48,150 nt of DNA from a virus (Duplodnaviria; Caudoviricetes): positions 1 through 48,150 of IMG/VR virus record IMGVR_UViG_3300020368_000108, one strand, 5' to 3'. The notes under the pieces were generated by a model, which searched no databases, was not told the origin of the DNA, and worked only from the letters and a program-made list of their open reading frames with translations. The position numbers and the translations under genes are program-made. Of this stretch, positions 31,308-40,214 are shown one piece after another; position 1 is the first letter of the stretch; the number at the start of each line of letters is the position of its first letter.

Positions 31308-32538
31308 TTCTTAAATCTATTGTTTCTAAAACTTTATCTGATAAAGTATCAAATACTAGTAGTTGGTGAAAGTCTTTTGATTCTCCGTATGGAAATGCAT
31401 ATATCACATCATCAATCAAAACACATTTGTTATATTTTTCTATTGTTGTAAATTCTTTAAAATGTTTATCTATGTCTATAGTGTAAAACTTTTCAGAATA
31501 AATGTCAATTACTAAAATACTATTAAGGTCGCCTTGGCTTTTCCAAGTATCTTCTGGTTCACAAACACAACCGCCACGAGGTATGTAATATATCTTTCCT
31601 TTGCTATTTTCAATGCCGGCAAAGTATTTCTTACTTTCTTTACCAATACCTAAGTCTATGGTGTGCCAGTACTCACTGCTACCATCATCTTTTACACTAT
31701 CAACAACTAACATTTCGCTCCAGTTTTCGTCATGCCCTGCTGGAGGAAAGAACACCTTTCCATTACTTGCGACAGTATGACTAAAGTATTTTCTACTGGT
31801 ACCTTTAATTCCTGTGCGTTCACTATACCAGTCGCCGTTTACAAATTTACTTAAAATATCAAACTCTGGATTTTCACTGTAAGGCGGTGCATACAATCTA
31901 TTACCAACCTTTGCCATCGTTGTGTATTTTTTATTGTTCATAGGTTGCTTATTGTAATCTAACCATATAGGACTCATGTCCGCTATTTCATATTCCCCAC
32001 TATTGCAGTCATAACTTATTCTGTAATTAAAAGTATCTTCCCAGTTTTCTCCTCTTGGCAATCCATAAATTATTCCATCTACCATTTGAGTGGTATGCCA
32101 TTTTTTACTATCATTTTTAGGTAATTTAATTTTATGGAAGGTTGCTAGATTATTTCTAAAGTAAAAAGTTAAAACATAATCATATGGTTCATGTTCACCG
32201 TATGGCAAAGCAATTAATTTATCACCATGTATATGTGCTTGTATGTATTTGCCTTTGCCAGGATGATTTACATTTACGTATTCTACACTATCGTCATCTG
32301 TGTTTACACATAAAATATTATCTTCATTGTAAGGTAAAAAATAAACTTTGTTTCTATATGCAATACCACATTGCCATTTTTCAGACAAAGCATTTACTTT
32401 TAATTTAATTTTTTTGAAAGAGTTATCCACAGGATCAAACTTTAACATATAATCAACAACTCCATCAAGACCATATGGCGGTATATATATTTTACCGTTG
32501 TTACTTACAGTTGGGTAACTAAATGCTTGTGGGGTCAT
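31300..32538 (-). CDS. Putative beta-propeller repeat protein (paralogue)
   Basis: The same unit occurs about 8 times: NGKIYIPPYG, VYFLPYN, LIALPYG, IYGLPRG, LYAPPYS, NGKVFFPPAG, GKIYYIPRG, IYAFPYG. Confidence 0.6.
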   Translation of the reverse strand: MTPQAFSYPTVSNNGKIYIPPYGLDGVVDYMLKFDPVDNSFKKIKLKVNALSEKWQCGIAYRNKVYFLPYNEDNILCVNTDDDSVEYVNVNHPGKGKYIQAHIHGDKLIALPYGEHEPYDYVLTFYFRNNLATFHKIKLPKNDSKKWHTTQMVDGIIYGLPRGENWEDTFNYRISYDCNSGEYEIADMSPIWLDYNKQPMNNKKYTTMAKVGNRLYAPPYSENPEFDILSKFVNGDWYSERTGIKGTSRKYFSHTVASNGKVFFPPAGHDENWSEMLVVDSVKDDGSSEYWHTIDLGIGKESKKYFAGIENSKGKIYYIPRGGCVCEPEDTWKSQGDLNSILVIDIYSEKFYTIDIDKHFKEFTTIEKYNKCVLIDDVIYAFPYGESKDFHQLLVFDTLSDKVLETIDLRNV

Positions 32539-33092
32539 TGCCAGTCCTTGTTTTGCATTGGATCTATACTTACTTCATTAATATTAACATCATTTGGCTG
32601 ATTAATCAACCATTTAATGTATTCACCTGCTTTATCAATGTCCATACAATTTCTGTCAGGGTGTTTGTCTTTGTTATTGCTTAAGGTTCCAAAACTTATT
32701 AAACTTACTTTAGGTCCTGATTTCCATACTCCGTGCATTGCCAAAGTGTTACACATATCTCTTAATGCTTTCTTTTCTTCAGCATATTTCCAAATCCTTC
32801 CGTCTTTTACTCTGTCGACGGTACTACCTATTACTATTATGTGAATCTTGTGATTATTTTTCTTACAATTATCATAAACCTTTTGTAATAAAATATTAGG
32901 TACATAGTTAGGTATGTATGCACAAACTACAAATACATCATAGTCTAATGCAATATCAGAAAGTTCATCTTGCTTAATAGGTGAAGTCAAATCAAATCCT
33001 GCACTTTTAGTAACAAATTTTGCATCGGTATATATTTTGCTTATACTTTCTGCAAGACCAAAGTTTGGATTTCCTGTTACTAATATTTTCAT
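32535..33092 (-). CDS. Short-chain dehydrogenase/reductase (short form)
   Basis: 'KILVTGNPNFGLA', 'IGS' and YAEEK (YxxxK). C-terminal 'QPNDVNINEV'. Confidence 0.75.
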   Translation of the reverse strand: MKILVTGNPNFGLAESISKIYTDAKFVTKSAGFDLTSPIKQDELSDIALDYDVFVVCAYIPNYVPNILLQKVYDNCKKNNHKIHIIVIGSTVDRVKDGRIWKYAEEKKALRDMCNTLAMHGVWKSGPKVSLISFGTLSNNKDKHPDRNCMDIDKAGEYIKWLINQPNDVNINEVSIDPMQNKDWQ

Positions 33093-33544
33093 ATCTTATC
33101 TCCAAACGCAGACTTTAGATCTAATTGCATCTTATGTAATATTTGTGGTTCAGGATATATACCGCAGTTATCCCAATCAATCAAACTTATTTCATCATCT
33201 TTAATAATCATATTACTTAAGACCCAATCACCATGTGCATATGGTTTTGTTTTTGTAAAATAATGATTCAAACAAAAGTTTTCAATTCTTTTTACAAAGT
33301 CTGGAGTATGTTCAAAAGTACTTGCTAATTCGCCCTCAATCTTATTTGTGTCTATCCACATTGTATCATCATTAGTACCCCAACCTTTAAGATATCCATC
33401 TGGTGCTATGTTCTGTAAAATTTCATAGTGTTCAATTAACCAACGTTCATCATTGAATAACCACTTCTTGCGAAAGTAATCATCGAACTCCCATACTTGT
33501 CTTCTTTTTTGTTTGTTTTCTTTTATTAACTTCATTATTTCCAA
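33089..33544 (-). CDS. Minimal kinase/phosphotransferase (APH/choline-kinase-like fold)
   Basis: 'HGDWVLSNMII' (Brenner motif) and 'LIDWD'. An alternative ATG start lies at 33535. Confidence 0.7.
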   Translation of the reverse strand: MEIMKLIKENKQKRRQVWEFDDYFRKKWLFNDERWLIEHYEILQNIAPDGYLKGWGTNDDTMWIDTNKIEGELASTFEHTPDFVKRIENFCLNHYFTKTKPYAHGDWVLSNMIIKDDEISLIDWDNCGIYPEPQILHKMQLDLKSAFGDKI

Positions 33545-34579
33545 CTACAATCCGTATGCTTCAGCAACTGGACCTAAATAATCTTTTATATACATCTTAC
33601 GCCAATTATCTAATTTAGTAATGTTCCTTTTAAATTCTTCTATCTTTTCAGGATCGGCTTCTTGTGATGACCACTCGTCTACTCCTTGAAATTGTTTCTT
33701 TAATTTATCTGGTGCGTTTTTAACGTGTAACCATTCAGGTAACATAAGTAAATTTTCATATAATTTATATCCATGCTTATCTGCGTATTCTTTTATGTCA
33801 TCATAGAACCAAGCATTTAAAATACTTACTGTTGGAGCAATGTCTACTTTTGCAAAGGAACCATATCTATGTAAGTTAGGTTCTATTATTTCTTTCCATT
33901 TGCTACCATGCCTAATGTAATCAATACGTCTATCTGTTGCATCTAAACTTAGACTCATTATTACCATTCTAAATTTACGCAACAGTTTTTCTAATTTAGG
34001 ATTCCAAATGGTACAGTTGGTATTAAATCTTATTTGTGTGTCTGGATCTAATCTTTCTAAGAAAGCAGGTAAATGCTTTACCATCATAGGTTCTCCACCA
34101 GTAAAATAAACTTCCTGTATTGGCAGTTCTAAAAGTTTATCAAATGTTTCCTCACTACTCCAGTTGAAGTTAGGGACATCTAATATTCCGTGTAGCGGTG
34201 TTATTCCTTCTTTTTGCATTGCAATGGCTTCTTCCGCAATACTGCTACTGCTCATATGCCAACAACTAATACATTTTAAATTACAACTATTTCCTAATCT
34301 TAAATCTAAATGAGATAACCCAGGACCATATGCTTTAAGTTTCAATCTTTGACTTGTAAGTCCCTGCTTCTCCATTTGCTCACATCTAGTACAAGCATCT
34401 GGCCATTCGTTACGTTCCATTTGCTCTCTAGTTTTTTTATGAAACTCACTATTGTGCCATTCTTGGGGAGTATGTGTTTTTATATTATAATCATTCTCTG
34501 GTTCAAGACTCATACAACAAAGTCTGTATTGTCCGTCAGTGCGGACATTAATCTGATGATCTAAATATTTACATCTCAT
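33545..34579 (-). CDS. Radical SAM protein with N-terminal SPASM/twitch-like domain
   Basis: MRCKYL...LCC...CTRC precedes 'DLRLGNSCNLKCISC'. TGGEP motif. Start reassigned to the ATG at 34579. Confidence 0.9.
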   Translation of the reverse strand: MRCKYLDHQINVRTDGQYRLCCMSLEPENDYNIKTHTPQEWHNSEFHKKTREQMERNEWPDACTRCEQMEKQGLTSQRLKLKAYGPGLSHLDLRLGNSCNLKCISCWHMSSSSIAEEAIAMQKEGITPLHGILDVPNFNWSSEETFDKLLELPIQEVYFTGGEPMMVKHLPAFLERLDPDTQIRFNTNCTIWNPKLEKLLRKFRMVIMSLSLDATDRRIDYIRHGSKWKEIIEPNLHRYGSFAKVDIAPTVSILNAWFYDDIKEYADKHGYKLYENLLMLPEWLHVKNAPDKLKKQFQGVDEWSSQEADPEKIEEFKRNITKLDNWRKMYIKDYLGPVAEAYGL

Positions 34580-34580
34580 A

Positions 34581-35129
34581 TTATTTGTATAATCCTTTAC
34601 AAAGTATTTGTGTAACCATTCGTTGATTATTTGTAAGTATGCCAATCATGTCTAGTATAGACTTGCTTACATCTTCAACACTTGTAAAAGTTTTTATGCC
34701 TTTATCTATTGTTCTTTGTGTTCCAATAGGACCAAGTTCTATTAAACCTACTGCAAGTTTGCTTTCCAAAGGTGCTATTTCATTGTAAAAGTTTTGTTGT
34801 TCTATTGTTTGTTTGTATCCTTCGGATTCTATCATTGCTGGTTGTAATTGTGCCTGCATGGTTTTGTATGAACCCATGTTTACTAAAATTTTATCTTCCC
34901 AACGCCATTTTTCCCAAACTTTCTTCATTACTTTAAGTTTAATGTTTTCACCATTCTCTGCATTATTAATTAGCACATCTACATCTGATGCATCAGCAAT
35001 CATCTTATCTATTCCTTCATCAGTAGAAAGATCAGTGCCTGTGCTTAGACTCCATCCTTTATGACCCATCTGGTCAAATAAATGTTTACCTACTCCGCTC
35101 GTGTGTCCGGTTATTCCAATCTTAGGCAT
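34581..35129 (-). CDS. SDR-like Rossmann-fold protein (atypical)
   Basis: 'IGITGHTSGVG', 'DVLINNA' and 'VNMGS'. The YxxxK position reads YKQTI. Confidence 0.65.
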   Translation of the reverse strand: MPKIGITGHTSGVGKHLFDQMGHKGWSLSTGTDLSTDEGIDKMIADASDVDVLINNAENGENIKLKVMKKVWEKWRWEDKILVNMGSYKTMQAQLQPAMIESEGYKQTIEQQNFYNEIAPLESKLAVGLIELGPIGTQRTIDKGIKTFTSVEDVSKSILDMIGILTNNQRMVTQILCKGLYK

Positions 35130-35808
35130 TTACAATATCCTCTAATTTTACTTTTGTTTGTAAATGTATTCTTATTTCATCACCATTCACTGTCCCGTGT
35201 GGCACACCAGCATTAATTAAATATGCTTTACCAACTTCTAAATGATGTTCACGTTCTAAATTATCACCATACAAAAACTTCGAACCTTTGTTGCAGTAAA
35301 TAGGAATATGCAGTCTTACTATACCTGGCCCGTCAATATGTTTTGTTAATACTGTTTTAGGTTGATGTCTGATAAGACTTGCTCTAGCAAAATACTTTTC
35401 ACCTAATTGGTCTATTAGTTTTTTAAAATAACCATAGTAAAATTTCTTTTGGATTTTATATTCTGATCCATCATGAAGTTCGGGGTATATATCTTCTTTA
35501 CCTGCCCAAACAGGAGAGCAAGGTATATCTTTTTCGCAAGGCCAAGATAACTCCATGTAGTCGATATTTTGTACATTATCTTCCATAAGATTTTTTAAAT
35601 GATATCCGCCACCATAGCCGTCAAAATCAAAATCCTTATTTTTATATTTGTCTTTTATGTAATCTTTTTTACTAAAGTTGAACCACAATTTGTTGTAATT
35701 TGCTGTCACTTCGTCAGACCAATGTTGTAATTGATCAATGTCAATCACAGTATCTAACGTCATAATATCCCAATTCATAGTAGACTTGTTACCTTCAATA
35801 TGTGGCAT
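35122..35808 (-). CDS. AspH-like Fe(II)/2OG oxygenase
   Basis: 'KHID...RLHIPI...GKAYLIN..VPHGTVN...RIHL'. Confidence 0.8.
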   Translation of the reverse strand: MPHIEGNKSTMNWDIMTLDTVIDIDQLQHWSDEVTANYNKLWFNFSKKDYIKDKYKNKDFDFDGYGGGYHLKNLMEDNVQNIDYMELSWPCEKDIPCSPVWAGKEDIYPELHDGSEYKIQKKFYYGYFKKLIDQLGEKYFARASLIRHQPKTVLTKHIDGPGIVRLHIPIYCNKGSKFLYGDNLEREHHLEVGKAYLINAGVPHGTVNGDEIRIHLQTKVKLEDIVNA

Positions 35809-35847
35809 AAGTATATTTAACAGTTACAAAGTGACGAAAAAGCGAAC

Positions 35848-36543
35848 ATGACAGCAATAAAACAATTTTTTGAACAACACGAAAAACCAATAAAAATACA
35901 ATACCCAGAACAATTTGATCCTAAATGGGTGGTAATGGAAAGTGGTTGGCCTTGCTTTAAATTAAGTGCATTAGATAATCAACCTTGGGATAAAATGCAC
36001 ATTGAAGCAGAATCACTTTTAGAGTATTTTAAAGATCATAGAATGGACTATGGAAAGGGTTGGAAGAGTCTTACCTTGCATGGTGTTGATGATGATACAC
36101 AAAGTTTGGATCAATATGGCGATCGTAAAGATGTTGTTAAACAATTAGATTGGACTTGGGTAGCAGAACAATGTCCTGAAACAAAAAAGTTTCTTACTAA
36201 TGTTTGGCCTGCTGAATTTCTAAACAGAGTTAGATTTATGTTATTAGAACCAGGTGGATATATAGAACCACATCAGGATCGCGGTGATAAAGAAAAAAGA
36301 TTAAGTGTTTGCAACATAAGTCTAAACAATCCACAAGGTTGTAAATTTGTTTTCAAAGATCATGGAATAGTACCTTTTGAAGATAAAGGCAGTGCATTCT
36401 TAATGGATATTTCAAATGTACACGCAGTATTTAATAATAGTAATGAACCACGTATTCATATGATAATACATTATGAATTAGGTAGACGCATAAGAGATTT
36501 CTTTTATGTTTTAAGACAAAGTTACTATACCAATAGGGGATAA
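35848..36543 (+). CDS. AspH-like Fe(II)/2OG oxygenase
   Basis: 'WKSLTLHG...RVRFMLLEPGGYIEPHQD...HAVFNNSNEPRIHMI'. Confidence 0.85.
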   Translation: MTAIKQFFEQHEKPIKIQYPEQFDPKWVVMESGWPCFKLSALDNQPWDKMHIEAESLLEYFKDHRMDYGKGWKSLTLHGVDDDTQSLDQYGDRKDVVKQLDWTWVAEQCPETKKFLTNVWPAEFLNRVRFMLLEPGGYIEPHQDRGDKEKRLSVCNISLNNPQGCKFVFKDHGIVPFEDKGSAFLMDISNVHAVFNNSNEPRIHMIIHYELGRRIRDFFYVLRQSYYTNRG

Positions 36544-36544
36544 A

Positions 36545-36670
36545 ATGTTAACATGGTTTTTAGTAGGAATATTAGTTGGCTTGTTTGTTAGATGTACCTG
36601 TAAGCCACACAAATCCGTTGACGACAAGTTCAAAGATCCATGGAACTGGACAGGGTTCGGAGGGGCATAA
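36545..36670 (+). CDS. Small membrane-anchored peptide, not in the ORF track
   Basis: My translation: MLTWFLVGILVGLFVRCTCKPHKSVDDKFKDPWNWTGFGGA*. It has an AGGGGA RBS and its stop is TAATG-coupled to the next gene. Confidence 0.6.
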   Translation: MLTWFLVGILVGLFVRCTCKPHKSVDDKFKDPWNWTGFGGA

Positions 36671-38139
36671 TGAAAGATTGGAATAGTATCACAGTAGATA
36701 GATACTACGAAAACATTAATGTTGATAACAAAGTAGGTATTGGTATATTAGATATCTCAAGAGATATCCCTAATAAGTTTTTACAAAAACGTTCTTTTGA
36801 TATGACATACTTTTATATTAATCGTATGATTAAGATGGGTATGTGTTCATATGTAGGATTTCATAAAACAGTAAAAGAAATTTTAGAACTTTCTATTATA
36901 GAAGGTAAAGAATATTGTATGATTGCTTGTCAAGGATTGCTTTTATTTAGAGGTCCAAGTCTAATTACACAAAGTTTAAAATATGCAGAAACAAACAAAG
37001 ATTTTTTTGTTGTGGGTCATATAATGGATAAAAAGAAACAACATTATCTTACAACAGGGTCTTATCCAGGATTACATAGACAATACTTGTTTGTAAATTT
37101 AAACAAATGGGTAGAACTAGGACAACCAGACTTTGACGAAATAGGTGTGTATGACACAAGAAAACCTATGCTGTCCAACTTTGAGTACAGCGAAGAAACA
37201 GTTCATAGCGAATATACTCCTGCATGGATCAAGTCTGCCGATGGACAGCAAGAATATTCTATAACAGCAGATGGCAGTAATTGGATTGATATTGCCATGA
37301 GAAATAAAATTACAATAGATAATTTAGATAATGATATGCGAGATTGTAAAGTATTTTTATATCCCTACAATCAATCAGATAAAATGGCAACAGCGTGGAC
37401 CAAAAAGGACAGCGTTGAAGGATTGAACCAAAGTCAAAAGGCTTGGATACGTAAGTTAGAATATCAAGAAGACATTGAAAAGGATAGAGTTTATGCGTTT
37501 AACACTGAAACCCTTTCAGGAGAAGGTGTACGCACAGAAGGAAAACATATAGATCATTTCTTCACCGCGGCCGCAGGATTTAAACCTCTTGCCATATTAA
37601 ACGCAAACGGATTTAGTGAAGGCACGACAGTACATTATTTTGATTGGTGTGAAGCAAGTATTAATTACAAAAAGCATTTATTGGAAACTTGGGACGGTTA
37701 TGATTTGGATAAATGGCTCTTAGAACACGATTTAGATTATAACTTTAGCAGTACATACCGTGGCAACTATAAACAATTCTGGGAACAAGAACTAAAAGAG
37801 TTTGGCGGAAGTTTTAGGTTTCAAAGTCTATGGGATAGATATAGAAAACTTAAACATGAATTTTATGTAATAGATATCGTTAATAATCCAGAGCAACTAT
37901 TTGACAAAATAAATACTATACACGGTACTAGGGTATTGTGGACTACAAATATTTGGTCTAGTGAAATGCTACACTGGAACACAACACCCGAAGTATTAGA
38001 AGAAAAGTTTAAAAAATTTGAGTCATTGATTCCAGATAATTTAATTTTATATGGTCATGATTACGTAGGAGTAGACTTAAACGAAAGAGTAAAACATGGA
38101 CGAAGGACAACACATCCCAGGTTTCAAACCTTATATTAG
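36670..38139 (+). CDS. Large hypothetical enzyme-like protein
   Basis: About 489 aa from the ATG at 36670 (GGAGG RBS). The C-terminal half, 'AAAGFKP...VHYFDWCEAS', is weakly Rossmann/methyltransferase-like. Confidence 0.55.
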   Translation: MKDWNSITVDRYYENINVDNKVGIGILDISRDIPNKFLQKRSFDMTYFYINRMIKMGMCSYVGFHKTVKEILELSIIEGKEYCMIACQGLLLFRGPSLITQSLKYAETNKDFFVVGHIMDKKKQHYLTTGSYPGLHRQYLFVNLNKWVELGQPDFDEIGVYDTRKPMLSNFEYSEETVHSEYTPAWIKSADGQQEYSITADGSNWIDIAMRNKITIDNLDNDMRDCKVFLYPYNQSDKMATAWTKKDSVEGLNQSQKAWIRKLEYQEDIEKDRVYAFNTETLSGEGVRTEGKHIDHFFTAAAGFKPLAILNANGFSEGTTVHYFDWCEASINYKKHLLETWDGYDLDKWLLEHDLDYNFSSTYRGNYKQFWEQELKEFGGSFRFQSLWDRYRKLKHEFYVIDIVNNPEQLFDKINTIHGTRVLWTTNIWSSEMLHWNTTPEVLEEKFKKFESLIPDNLILYGHDYVGVDLNERVKHGRRTTHPRFQTLY

Positions 38140-38779
38140 AACATACAAGCCTTTAGATCTCGACTGGAAAGTAAAGAGACTATTTGCAGTTGATGTTGAT
38201 AAAATACAATCTTGGTATAAAGATTTAGAAGAAAACTGGAATGGCTGGAAGTTCATATATGGAAAGCATCATCAAGAGATGTGGAAAATGGAAGTTGGAG
38301 ATCCTACAGGAAAAACAGGACATATTTTTAAAGAAGATACCGCTTGGTACGTTCTTTGTTTCAATGGTGATAAAGAAGGACCATTACCTCCAGAAACAGT
38401 AATTGCAAAAGATGAATATAAGGACGAAGACCTAGACGAATTATATCCAAGGAAAAATTTTTATGGATATGGAAGAGAACTTGTAGATAATTTACCTGTA
38501 AGAAGTAAACGTTGGATGGTCACTATACATACTCCAGGAACAAAATTAATTACTCACACAGACAGCACAGACAAAATCAGAATACACATACCAATACATA
38601 CAAACAAGGATAGTAACTGGATATTAGATGGCGAACAAATACACATGGAACCGGGATATGCTTATCTCGTTAATACAAGCATTCCGCATAGTGTAGAGAA
38701 CAAAGGAACCACTGATAGAATACACTTGTATGGCAAGGTGTGGGCAGATGAAATAGGAGCATTGTTAGATGGCATTTGA
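38096..38779 (+). CDS. AspH-like Fe(II)/2OG oxygenase
   Basis: 'PGTKLITHTD...RIHIPI...GYAYLVNTSIPHSVENKGTTDRIHL'. Confidence 0.85.
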   Translation: MDEGQHIPGFKPYIRTYKPLDLDWKVKRLFAVDVDKIQSWYKDLEENWNGWKFIYGKHHQEMWKMEVGDPTGKTGHIFKEDTAWYVLCFNGDKEGPLPPETVIAKDEYKDEDLDELYPRKNFYGYGRELVDNLPVRSKRWMVTIHTPGTKLITHTDSTDKIRIHIPIHTNKDSNWILDGEQIHMEPGYAYLVNTSIPHSVENKGTTDRIHLYGKVWADEIGALLDGI

Positions 38780-38906
38780 TTTATTTGTATTATTATTAGT
38801 AATAATAACTCTAGGAATATTATACCATTTTGCACATACTTGGTATAAGGATAGAGAGTGGAGAAAAAATAATCCAGACGAATATAAGATTGATAAAGAT
38901 GAATAG
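38769..38906 (+). CDS. Small membrane peptide, not in the ORF track
   Basis: My translation: MAFDLFVLLLVIITLGILYHFAHTWYKDREWRKNNPDEYKIDKDE*. It has an AGGAG RBS and overlaps both neighbours. Confidence 0.6.
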   Translation: MAFDLFVLLLVIITLGILYHFAHTWYKDREWRKNNPDEYKIDKDE

Positions 38907-39492
38907 TGATTTAAAAGTATTAAAGAAAAAAGTTAACATGAGTAAGTTACGTGATTGGTATGAAGAATTAGAAAAATCTTATTCGCATCTTAAATGGTCT
39001 GCAGAAGACAGCAACGTAGATGAAGGTGTTGGCGGACACATTCTAAAAGGTGTATATGGTTGGGCATTACAAAGCAATTTAGAAGACTTAGAAAAGCCTT
39101 GTCCACCTTATAACATCACCAAAGAAGAAAAGCATGAATATAGAGATACTGCGGCAATGTTTGGATATATAAATGAAATTAAAGAACAGTTTCCTTATGC
39201 ACATCAGTTTAGTATAGCAGTACACCCGCCCGGAACACAAATAAATTTACATAGCGATTCAGATGACTTTTACAAAATACACGTTCCTATTTACAGCAAC
39301 AACAAGAGTCTTTTTATATTTGAACCAAGCAGAGAATATATCTTACCTGATGAAGGAAAAATGTATCTTGTGAATACAAGTGTTAAGCACGGAACTAAAA
39401 ACAATGGCGATACAAATAGGATTCATTTGTTCTTTAAGATCCCACATAGTAAAGAACAGGATGTCTTAGATATGGCAGATGGAGAAATATAA
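38899..39492 (+). CDS. AspH-like Fe(II)/2OG oxygenase
   Basis: 'PPGTQINLHSD...KIHVPI...MYLVNTSVKHGTKNNGDTNRIHL'. Start reassigned to the ATG at 38899. Confidence 0.85.
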   Translation: MNSDLKVLKKKVNMSKLRDWYEELEKSYSHLKWSAEDSNVDEGVGGHILKGVYGWALQSNLEDLEKPCPPYNITKEEKHEYRDTAAMFGYINEIKEQFPYAHQFSIAVHPPGTQINLHSDSDDFYKIHVPIYSNNKSLFIFEPSREYILPDEGKMYLVNTSVKHGTKNNGDTNRIHLFFKIPHSKEQDVLDMADGEI

Positions 39493-40214
39493 TGAAGATG
39501 ATTAAAGATTATAATGCAAAAGACATAGATATAAATGGCTTACACACCAGCAAGGATTGGGATATCATTGAATTAAATTGGCAACTAGATCCTGTAAAAG
39601 CAGAAGAATATTTTAATGAAGTTGAGAAAAAATTTAGAAAAGAAACTTATTTTAATTTTACAGACTTTCCTGATCTGTTAGATATAGAAATTAGTAAGCA
39701 GTATATGGAAGGTAACTACTGTGGATATTATTGCGGTCCTATTGGAGGTTATACAATAGGTTGGCCGATTGACAGAGATATTCCTATACCACCACCTAAC
39801 CAGGTTAACAAGGAAATATTTCCAGAAGTGCTAGATCCTGAGTTTGAGGATAAGGCAACTTTGTTAGAAAGATATAATTTTGGATACATGAAAGACCTTA
39901 CAAATTTTTTAGGTGATATAGAAATGGGACAACCAGTAATTACTATGCACGGACCAGGCGCAGAAATAAAACCACACGTAGATAGCCAAGTAAAAAAGAT
40001 ACACATTGTTTTGAAAACAAATGATAAAAATGTATTTTGTTTTGGTCCAAACCATGAAAGAAAGTATAAAATGGAAGCCGGTAAAGCATATATTATAAAC
40101 ACACATATACATCATGGTACTTTAAATGAAGGCAACACAGAAAGAGCACATATACTTGCTAGAATACAATCTGATAAGATGTTTAATTGTCTAAACTTAC
40201 AGGGTACGGTATGA
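39492..40214 (+). CDS. AspH-like Fe(II)/2OG oxygenase
   Basis: 'PGAEIKPHVD...KIHIVL...GKAYIINTHIHHGTLNEGNTERAHI'. Confidence 0.85.
   Translation: MKMIKDYNAKDIDINGLHTSKDWDIIELNWQLDPVKAEEYFNEVEKKFRKETYFNFTDFPDLLDIEISKQYMEGNYCGYYCGPIGGYTIGWPIDRDIPIPPPNQVNKEIFPEVLDPEFEDKATLLERYNFGYMKDLTNFLGDIEMGQPVITMHGPGAEIKPHVDSQVKKIHIVLKTNDKNVFCFGPNHERKYKMEAGKAYIINTHIHHGTLNEGNTERAHILARIQSDKMFNCLNLQGTV

Noticed and set aside
14434-34579. 7-deazaguanine DNA-modification pathway (QueE-like radical SAM)
   Set aside because: No FolE, QueD, QueC or DpdA is recognisable here, and the radical SAM proteins carry SPASM/twitch-like domains unlike QueE.
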